Assembly (NCBI GenBank): GCA_016840855.1
Contig: JAEORO010000234.1
Coordinates: forward strand, 1 to 16,981
Length of the DNA: 16,981 nucleotides
From: Candidatus Thorarchaeota archaeon
Lineage (GTDB): Archaea; Asgardarchaeota; Thorarchaeia; Thorarchaeales; Thorarchaeaceae
Direction of reading: 5' to 3'
Shown here: in pieces, positions 1 to 7,041 of the stretch
Layout of the letters: each line of letters starts with the position of its first letter
How positions within the stretch are numbered: the first letter of the stretch is position 1
Notes under the pieces: generated by a model
The model's database searches: none
What the model saw: the letters and a program-made list of their open reading frames with translations, nothing else
What the model was told of the DNA's origin: nothing
Program-made: the position numbers and the translations under genes

Positions 1-242
1 TGAATGTGAGTATCTATTTTCTTGATTACAGTAGATTCAAACACAGGGTCTGCATCGGGTTTGAGATTGATGGCTTCAAGAAACTCCTCCATTCTTGATC
101 CACTTAGAATGAAGTGTTTGAGTTTGAATGAGCCATCAAATGTAAATGTCAGATTAGAGATTTTTCCGATTATTTTACCTGAGGTGTCCATGACATCCAT
201 TTTTTTGATTTCTTGACAACATACTGGTTTGGATAACTTCAT
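1..242 (-). CDS. PRC-barrel domain protein (5' part; runs off the left edge)
   Basis: Not in the ORF track. Manual translation from ATG at 242 gives MKLSKPVCCQEIKKMDVMDTSGKIIGKISNLTFTFDGSFKLKHFILSGSRMEEFLEAINLKPDADPVFESTVIKKIDTHI, open to the edge. It has the V-x-D-x-x-G-x-x-I-G-x-I-x-(D/N)-L pattern of PRC barrels. GGTGA lies 4 nt upstream of the ATG. Confidence 0.75.
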   Translation of the reverse strand, partial: MKLSKPVCCQEIKKMDVMDTSGKIIGKISNLTFTFDGSFKLKHFILSGSRMEEFLEAINLKPDADPVFESTVIKKIDTHI

Positions 243-276
243 TGTTTCACCACAGAAGGGATTCTTCTTGACAAAT

Positions 277-296
277 ATATTAACAATTGTTAATAT
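277..296. promoter_or_regulatory. Perfect 20-bp palindrome, candidate operator
   Basis: ATATTAACAATTGTTAATAT is its own reverse complement. It lies 35 nt upstream of the PRC-barrel ATG and overlaps a minus-strand TATA-like TTAATATA (282-275). Confidence 0.55.
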
Positions 297-524
297 GATT
301 ATGGGTTGCACTCAACATGAAAATACTGACTTCGTTCATATTCCTTTGACTACAGCATCTAATTTACTCCCAGCGGTACCATATCTTCTTCTAGTCTGTC
401 AATTACATCCAAAGATAAACGGAAACACATAGACAACAATCAATATTCTCGCAACGACCTATTGATTGCTTTAGACGTTAGGTCTTAATGCATTTTTAGC
501 TGATTGTTCAAGATGTAGTAACAG

Positions 525-2480
525 GTGGTAGTTGTCATCTTGAAGAGGTTTTTTGTATTCTCACTAGTTCTTTTGATGGTGTCCTCTGGATTTTACATAA
601 TACATCTAGATGCACCAATAACGAGCCCTCAGAAAGATTTAGGGATTGATATTCAGCCTTCGCTTAGTCAAGTTAATCTCGGCGACTATAACCAATTCTC
701 AGAAGGGGATTTCACAGGGACTAGTTTCTCATACATGAATATGTCAGTGACACTGGATGATACTCATTCAACCGTTGCTGGTAATTTGACTATCGAGTTT
801 CATAATAACGAATCGATTGCTTTCTCAAGCATTCCATTTCATCTCTATACTTCTGGCATGGATTTTGATAGCAGACAGGGATCTATTGAGATAATCAACG
901 TGACCACAGTCGATGCTCCTGTGGTTGTATTGACTTACAACATTGGGTCAAGCGGCGAGATAATGTGGGTCAATCTTCCGGCAGCTGTCGAGCCAGATAG
1001 CACTACTTCATTTCAAATCTCATTCAAGACCACCCTGCCAGATGGCTTAGACAGAGCAAACTCTCAGGGTAGCGACATCAGTCAATCTAGAATGTTCACA
1101 TTTGCAAGCTGTTATCCCATGCTGTGTGTCTACGATGAGTATGATGGCTGGAACACAGAGGGGTATGTTAGTTATGGGGATCCCTTCTACCTTGACATGG
1201 CGTTCTATGATTTCTGGGTTGAAGTCCCTAGTGATATGGTAGTCGCAGCAACAGGTCAATTAATTGACAGCTTTAGCGATGGTGCCAACACTACATACCA
1301 CTTCAGTCCAGGTTTACCAGTGCGCGAAGTCACATTCTCAGCCTCTCGGTACTATGTCGTGGAATCGATGATGGTGGGGTCCATCAACGTATCAAGCTTT
1401 TACATCCCAAGCTCACAGCCAGAGTGGGAAGATGATGTCCTAAACTGGACTAATGAAACCCTATTGCTTCTCAACACAACCTATGGTATCTATCCATATT
1501 TAACGCTCAATGTTGTGGAGCAGTTTGCATTCTACGGTGGGATGGAATATCCCTGCCAAGTGTATATAACAAATAACATGCTTCAGCTTGTGAGGACAGG
1601 AGCGCGGCCGTCCTATTATTTTGAGTTGGTAGTTGTTCATGAAGTGGCTCATCAATGGTGGTCACAACTTGTGGGAGTGGACAGCATTGACTGGGGTTTT
1701 CTTGACGAGGGCATGGCCTGTTGGACACACAACTACTTTGGTGAGTATTATCATCTAGACTGGGAGTATTTCCAATATGATCGATACTTAGACACTGTGA
1801 GGACATTCTATGAAGAGAATGGGATAGACGCTGCAATTAACCAATCGAACAACGTTATTCCTGAGTTGGTTACATATATTGAGTATGTAAAGACTCCTCT
1901 CATACTAGAGAAGCTACGTGTCGAGATAGGTCACGAGAAGTTTATCGAAGGGCTCTCGCTCTTCTTTAAGCAGAATTACTTCCTAATCGGCACATTAGCA
2001 GGACTCCAGGATGCTCTTGAAGTGGTATGTGGCGAGTCTTTGGAGTGGTTCTTTCTACCATGGTTTGACAATCCCCGTTTACCTGACTATTCATTCACCA
2101 GTGCGGTCTATGACAAAGAGGAAGGTAGCCTGAGTGTGACTGTTGTGGATGAGAATGAAGCAAATAATCCGCATTCATACTCACAAAAGGTGCCAATCAG
2201 AGTTCTTAGCTATACTGATGAAGTCCTGATTAACACAGTCGTATGGATAAATGGTACAACAGTTCTGACTCTAGAGGTGGTAGGAGAGCCCTATGAAGTG
2301 AGCCTGCTCTATGACAACTATATTCTTGTCGAACTGTCAGCGCAGAATATTCATTCTTTATCGACAAGAGACATTCGAGTTGCCGGGGAGTTCACTCTTA
2401 TACTAATTCTCGGAACACTTGCTGTGATTATGGTTGTCATAATTGTCTTTGCCATATGCATTCGAAGAAAAGGGTCCTAA
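525..2480 (+). CDS. M1 family (gluzincin) zinc aminopeptidase, exported and C-terminally membrane anchored
   Basis: HEVAH (HEXXH) with the downstream Glu in LDEGMA, the exopeptidase motif GGMEY, and DPFY upstream. N-terminal KR plus hydrophobic segment; C-terminal TM helix followed by RRKGS. The start may be TTG at 540 (GGTGG upstream). Confidence 0.9.
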   Translation: MVVVILKRFFVFSLVLLMVSSGFYIIHLDAPITSPQKDLGIDIQPSLSQVNLGDYNQFSEGDFTGTSFSYMNMSVTLDDTHSTVAGNLTIEFHNNESIAFSSIPFHLYTSGMDFDSRQGSIEIINVTTVDAPVVVLTYNIGSSGEIMWVNLPAAVEPDSTTSFQISFKTTLPDGLDRANSQGSDISQSRMFTFASCYPMLCVYDEYDGWNTEGYVSYGDPFYLDMAFYDFWVEVPSDMVVAATGQLIDSFSDGANTTYHFSPGLPVREVTFSASRYYVVESMMVGSINVSSFYIPSSQPEWEDDVLNWTNETLLLLNTTYGIYPYLTLNVVEQFAFYGGMEYPCQVYITNNMLQLVRTGARPSYYFELVVVHEVAHQWWSQLVGVDSIDWGFLDEGMACWTHNYFGEYYHLDWEYFQYDRYLDTVRTFYEENGIDAAINQSNNVIPELVTYIEYVKTPLILEKLRVEIGHEKFIEGLSLFFKQNYFLIGTLAGLQDALEVVCGESLEWFFLPWFDNPRLPDYSFTSAVYDKEEGSLSVTVVDENEANNPHSYSQKVPIRVLSYTDEVLINTVVWINGTTVLTLEVVGEPYEVSLLYDNYILVELSAQNIHSLSTRDIRVAGEFTLILILGTLAVIMVVIIVFAICIRRKGS

Positions 2481-2673
2481 ATTGAGAGCAAAAGAAGTTT
2501 GCAGACGTAATCGTACAGGAGTACCTATGGAGCCGCTTTTCTTTTTCTTCATAATCAGATAGAGAATTCTCGCGATAATCGTCGCTTATTAGGCGCATCT
2601 CATTAACACAGAGAATCGGGCTTAAGTGTAGTAGCCAATCGTCGATTGTAAATAGCAACAAGGAGGGTTTCCA

Positions 2674-3639
2674 ATGAAAGTAATCAAACCTGATAGACTG
2701 CATGTAGGAGACACCATAGGAGTGTTCTCGCCATCCTGGTTGGTAGACGAGCGCCAGATGTTCAATCAAGGAATTGAAAAGATCAGATCTTTAGGTTTCA
2801 AGGTAAAACTCGCAGACCACACATTCAGTCAGCATTACTACAGTGCTGGTACTCCAAAGGAAAGACTCGAGGATTTTCACACACTCTGGACAGACCCTGA
2901 AGTGAGGATGGTGCTGATGTCCCAAGGCGGGAGCACCGCAAACCAGCTTCTCGACGGTATTGATTATGACATGCTTCGTCAAGATCCCAAGATACTATCA
3001 GGAATTTCTGACGGGACCACCCTGTTGAATGCAGTCTGCGCAAGGGCTGGCATTGTCACCTATCATGGACCAGATGTCATCTGGACCTTCGGTCTGAAGA
3101 TGACACACCAAGTGGAAAAGAACATCATAAGTACGTTCTTCGATGGAAAATCAATAGAATTGGAGCCAAATGAAAACTGGGAGCATCGGTTGAAACCCGA
3201 CCTCAAGTATCCTGGATGGAGATGTCTACGAGAGGGAAAGGCTACCGGAAAACTGGTGGGTGGCCACATTAGAATACTTGCGAATACGATTCTCGCTGGC
3301 TATGGTCCAGACTTCGAAAACACCATTCTCTTTCTTGAGGGCACGGACAACGTGGCACGTACTCACAGTTACATTACTGCATTGAAACTGCATGGAATCT
3401 TTGATTCGGTTGTAGGTGTAATTCTTGGATGGTTTGATGAGAGTGAGCTGGAAGAAACAGAACTCAATCGCCCGGTTAGTGAGGTTTTTCTTGAAGAGAC
3501 CAAAGGTTATGATTTCCCTGTAATTGAGATTGGTGAGCTTGGACACAACTTAGAGAACTACGTGCTACCAATTGGTTGCCAAGCAACAGTTGATGCGACT
3601 GAAAAACAGATTTCGATAGATGAGCCAACTGTCGCGTAA
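2674..3639 (+). CDS. Peptidase S66 (LD-carboxypeptidase / MccF-like)
   Basis: N-terminal P-x-x-L-x-x-GDTIGVFSPS, GTPKERLEDF, nucleophile motif GISDGT, Glu in ILFLEG and His in ELGH (Ser-Glu-His triad). GGAGG RBS upstream. Confidence 0.92.
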   Translation: MKVIKPDRLHVGDTIGVFSPSWLVDERQMFNQGIEKIRSLGFKVKLADHTFSQHYYSAGTPKERLEDFHTLWTDPEVRMVLMSQGGSTANQLLDGIDYDMLRQDPKILSGISDGTTLLNAVCARAGIVTYHGPDVIWTFGLKMTHQVEKNIISTFFDGKSIELEPNENWEHRLKPDLKYPGWRCLREGKATGKLVGGHIRILANTILAGYGPDFENTILFLEGTDNVARTHSYITALKLHGIFDSVVGVILGWFDESELEETELNRPVSEVFLEETKGYDFPVIEIGELGHNLENYVLPIGCQATVDATEKQISIDEPTVA

Positions 3640-3641
3640 CA

Positions 3642-3663
3642 TGTGTGGCGAAATCAACACACA
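3642..3663. terminator. Small stem-loop between convergent stop codons
   Basis: TGTGTG-N10-CACACA in the 32-nt gap between stops at 3639 and 3672. Function is inferred from position only. Confidence 0.25.
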
Positions 3664-3671
3664 ACTAAGCT

Positions 3672-3980
3672 CTATGTATTAGTCTTCTTCTCTATTCGTA
3701 GTTTCTTGTCCTCTTCATACTTCTGTATGAATTTCTGTTGGATATTGAAGTAGCTTGCCTCGTACACCTGATAGTTATTATCTGAATCGAAACCCCATCC
3801 ATCCCAATCGACAATCAGTTTCATTATCCTATCATAAATCTCTATGATTTCAGGATAAGGGCAGGGTATGTCGAGATTTCCATCTTTAATGGCATCCTCG
3901 TATTCTTTTGCCATTCTTTGAGCTCTCTCATGCATCGTATTAATCTCATCAAAAGGGTCTGGTTTTGTTCCTTTCATCAT
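3672..3980 (-). CDS. Hypothetical protein, charged and helical, 102 aa
   Basis: Fills the gap between the S66 and GNAT genes with a natural E/K-rich composition (AKEYEDAIKDGNLDIPCPYPEIIEIY). No family recognised. Confidence 0.65.
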   Translation of the reverse strand: MMKGTKPDPFDEINTMHERAQRMAKEYEDAIKDGNLDIPCPYPEIIEIYDRIMKLIVDWDGWGFDSDNNYQVYEASYFNIQQKFIQKYEEDKKLRIEKKTNT

Positions 3981-4117
3981 GGTTCAATGCCAGCCAATTC
4001 TTTTGTTTGCATCATCATACATTTGGGCAACTAATACTTTTTCAACACAGTGACACTGTTTTTGATCATTGCTCAGACTGGTTTTATTGATACAGTCGTA
4101 GAGATGGTCTGGAAACC

Positions 4118-4984
4118 TCAGAAGATCTTTTCTAAGAGAGTTAGAACCATATATTCATCTTCAACTAGCCTGACCCAATCAAGCGAATAGAGGGCTTCAA
4201 CAAAATCCATTGGGTATGTTATGAAGAGAGTCTTACATCCAGATTCAACAGCTTTCTGAATATTATGTGACAACTGGTCAAGGAATGTTGATTCATCTCT
4301 CGCATAGATTGTAACAGCCCATTCCAGTCCATTTATGTCCTCACTCGTGAGACCAACAGACAGTGAAACGATTCTCTCTCCTTCTGACTGAATCCAGAAC
4401 TGTGCAAGCGATGATATCTTTTCTAACGCCTCAAGAGAGATGTCCATAGCTTTCCAATCATAGATTATCACATTGTGAGGAAGTAATTCAGCTTCGGTAA
4501 GGTGGGGGTACAAGTCTTTGATGGAGGCGCTTCTAATGGGGCGGATTGATGAACTCCACGTTATCTCGTCTATTTTGTTTTGCCAATGAATAGCAAGATC
4601 AAATTTTCTCTTCATACCAACTGTTTCTCCTAGATGAAGAGATGTATCGTTACCAGCAGCAGTCGTGTAACGAATACGCTCTACAGGAATTCTCTGTGCC
4701 AATTTAACAACATGATGTGTTAGAACAGATGCAAGGCCCATGCCTCTATAGTCTGGATGAACACGTAGTCCCTCCATCCATCCAGTTCGTCCACCCTCAA
4801 TCACTCTAAGATTTGCTAGAGCGACAACATGTCCATCTTTCTCGACAACAGTAGTATGAGAGTTTCGGTCCTTTAACCATGCATCAAAGAAATAGGGAAG
4901 ATAGTCATGACCGTCCCAAGTGTGTTTTGCAATCTCAAGGATGTCTTCCTTGTCAGAATCTCGAAGAGGCCTAATGTTTTCCAT
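4118..4984 (-). CDS. GNAT family N-acetyltransferase with C-terminal extension
   Basis: N-terminal IRPLRDSD, acetyl-CoA motif LRVHPDYRGMGLA, and N-x-x-S-x-x-L-x-x-x-x-GM motif B. ATG at 4984 (alternative GTG at 4987). Confidence 0.88.
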   Translation of the reverse strand: MENIRPLRDSDKEDILEIAKHTWDGHDYLPYFFDAWLKDRNSHTTVVEKDGHVVALANLRVIEGGRTGWMEGLRVHPDYRGMGLASVLTHHVVKLAQRIPVERIRYTTAAGNDTSLHLGETVGMKRKFDLAIHWQNKIDEITWSSSIRPIRSASIKDLYPHLTEAELLPHNVIIYDWKAMDISLEALEKISSLAQFWIQSEGERIVSLSVGLTSEDINGLEWAVTIYARDESTFLDQLSHNIQKAVESGCKTLFITYPMDFVEALYSLDWVRLVEDEYMVLTLLEKIF

Positions 4985-5063
4985 CACATGCTAATATGAC
5001 TATAGTAATCTTTTGAATTCGATGCTCAGTAGTATTGAGTAATATCGAAGATTCATAATTCAC

Positions 5064-5435
5064 TTAATCTCCAGTTGGAGTCACAGTCTTTCCTTCAAAC
5101 ATTAAGATGGATGTGCGTTCGGGAGCTCTGGTTCGGTGAACGACTCCTTTGGGGATCATAAAGCCTTGGCCAGGTTGCAGAATGTGGACTTTTTCGTTAA
5201 TGTCAATGTGTAGGAGTCCGTGAATAACATAGAAGAATTCGTCTTCATTATCATGCTTGTGCCAATGAAACTCGCCATGTATTATGCCTAATCTAACGAC
5301 ACAATCATTCACCTCGCACAGAGAGATGTTCTGCCATTTCTTCTTGCTTGCACGGATTAGATTAGGAATGTCAATCAATTCAAGAGGGCTGTATTCAATA
5401 TCTGTACTGATGGAATATTTAGCTCGGTCACTCAT
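5064..5435 (-). CDS. Cupin domain protein
   Basis: GEFHWHKHDNEDEFFYVIHG and PGQGFMIPKGVVHRT are the two cupin metal-binding motifs. ATG at 5435 is preferred over TTG at 5450. Confidence 0.9.
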   Translation of the reverse strand: MSDRAKYSISTDIEYSPLELIDIPNLIRASKKKWQNISLCEVNDCVVRLGIIHGEFHWHKHDNEDEFFYVIHGLLHIDINEKVHILQPGQGFMIPKGVVHRTRAPERTSILMFEGKTVTPTGD

Positions 5436-5474
5436 GAAACCAATCTCCAACTGCTTAGCGATTGTAAGAATAAT

Positions 5475-5744
5475 TCAGTCTTCAACAACTTTTCGGGAGA
5501 TCTTGTACACGACTTGATGCCTATAATCAGGACAACCAGTGGTCATATGATCTTCAATTGAACCAAAGAAACTCCCACCTGATTCCATTAACATTATCCA
5601 TGGAAAGAGATTATGGAATGAGCTGGGACACATTTTTCCCCTGTCTTCAGGATAACTGTAGGTATCACCCACTTTTTGATTCATTGAGCAGTTACCTTCT
5701 CCTAGGATATCAATTACTTCTATTGTCACCTTGTATTTTGTCAT
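5475..5744 (-). CDS. TIGR04076-like small three-Cys protein
   Basis: KVTIEVI...GNC...KVGD...KMCP..FHNLFP...GCPD...VVYKISR pattern. ATG at 5744 with GTGG upstream. Confidence 0.8.
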   Translation of the reverse strand: MTKYKVTIEVIDILGEGNCSMNQKVGDTYSYPEDRGKMCPSSFHNLFPWIMLMESGGSFFGSIEDHMTTGCPDYRHQVVYKISRKVVED

Positions 5745-5851
5745 GTCCACAACCACATATACACACAGGTCAATTGTGTATTAGAAGTAATTCACAAACG
5801 CAAATACCTAGACAAGTAATACTGAAATCTAAGAAAGACGAGACCAGTGAT

Positions 5852-6469
5852 ATGTCACCTGAAACCAGCGACCATGTGCCAATGACTGTGTGGTGCACCC
5901 TGATTCCACCCAAAGAGATTGGTAAGCTGGTTGAGTTTGAGGAAGAGCTACGCATGGTCAATGAAACCTATGAGGACTGGCTTGTTTCTATGAGGACTAA
6001 GCCGCTCGTTGGAAGCAATATAGGAATGCTTCTTGATAGAATCAGAATTCTCATGATTAATATAGGCATAGCTTGCGCGGTGAATAGGGAACTTGCTGAA
6101 GAGATACAATCAATATTGTCAACGAATCTCAGAACTAGAGCATTAGATATTGTGTCTCAGCTACCTGAGGACCCTCCAGAAAAAATGATAGTGAAAGAGA
6201 TTCTCTCTGCATTCTTTGAAGGCTTAAAATTTACTCGAGATATCTTTCCTGAAGAGGAGATTGAAAGGGTGGCTCTTGAAAATGTCAAGCCATTTGGAGG
6301 GAGTAAAATGAAGAGAGGTGTGTTTGGGAAAATTCTAGGATCGACAAAGGGATTATCCAAGACGGATGACATACATAGTACAACCAAAGATGCATTGCTT
6401 GAAAGTACCAATATAATCAAACGAATATACATGCGACTTCTAAGTCCTGATCCATGGGGCGAGTATTAG
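5852..6469 (+). CDS. Hypothetical protein, mainly alpha-helical, 205 aa
   Basis: Protein-like sequence begins at ATG 5852 (MSPETSDH...) and ends LLSPDPWGEY. The first 98 codons of the track ORF overlap the TIGR04076 gene antisense and the divergent intergenic region. Confidence 0.8.
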   Translation: MSPETSDHVPMTVWCTLIPPKEIGKLVEFEEELRMVNETYEDWLVSMRTKPLVGSNIGMLLDRIRILMINIGIACAVNRELAEEIQSILSTNLRTRALDIVSQLPEDPPEKMIVKEILSAFFEGLKFTRDIFPEEEIERVALENVKPFGGSKMKRGVFGKILGSTKGLSKTDDIHSTTKDALLESTNIIKRIYMRLLSPDPWGEY

Positions 6470-7041
6470 AATCGTATAATCCGATTCTCATGTTTTCTGA
6501 ATCTTGTAATTGATTCCTTCATGATTTTCCAGTCAGTAAGATAGAGTGTCACGGATAGTTCGCTTTTACTCACTTCAAGCTCAATAAAACTGGCATCAGT
6601 CCTACCCTCCCACCCTCCTGTGGCGCCGGAGATGGTTCCGGGATTCAAGAACAGTCTGTCTTTGTAAATCTCGATAGATGCTGTATGGGTATGTCCATGA
6701 ACTGCAATATCTGCATGGACCTGTTGTACAATTTCCCAGAGCTGTTTGATGTTGCCACGTGGCCTGAGTTGTGTTCCATGAAGGAGTAATACGTTGAAAT
6801 CGTCAAGTTGAATCTCCTCATGAAAATTGTATTGACTACTGTAGTCCATGTTCCCAGTGACAATGAAGCTTCTGGGTAAGGGAGGAAGAGCAGATTTCAT
6901 CTCGGATTCTCGTACCAAGTCACCTGTTATCAGAGCTAGGTCATAGTTACTCTGGGATATATGTTGAAAGAATGCCTCAGGAATGGAATCTCTCCTAGAG
7001 GGAATATGAGCATCTCCAAAGACTAAAACTCGCTGACTCAT
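6466..7041 (-). CDS. Vps29-like / MJ0936-YfcE family metallophosphoesterase
   Basis: Calcineurin-like motifs GDAHIP, TGDL, GNMD, HGTQ, GHTH and NPGTISGA. The start codon overlaps the mutS stop (ATGA, 7038-7041). Confidence 0.92.
   Translation of the reverse strand: MSQRVLVFGDAHIPSRRDSIPEAFFQHISQSNYDLALITGDLVRESEMKSALPPLPRSFIVTGNMDYSSQYNFHEEIQLDDFNVLLLHGTQLRPRGNIKQLWEIVQQVHADIAVHGHTHTASIEIYKDRLFLNPGTISGATGGWEGRTDASFIELEVSKSELSVTLYLTDWKIMKESITRFRKHENRIIRF

Noticed and set aside
22-432. Plus-strand ORFs 22-216 and 229-432
   Set aside because: The first is the antisense shadow of the PRC-barrel gene. The second crosses the promoter region and has no protein-like features.
2437-2769. 110-aa minus-strand ORF, and short palindromes/AATCG repeats in 2500-2650
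   Set aside because: The ORF overlaps both flanking genes antisense with no motif. The dyads (GAGAATTCTC, AATCGTCGATT) are short enough to be chance.
5000-5063. SECIS-like AUGA plus stem on the minus strand
   Set aside because: No GA quartet partner at the base of the helix and no in-frame UGA in the adjacent upstream genes.
5558-5851. N-terminal 98 codons of the 303-aa track ORF
   Set aside because: They overlap the TIGR04076 gene on the opposite strand and have non-protein-like composition. The start was moved to 5852.
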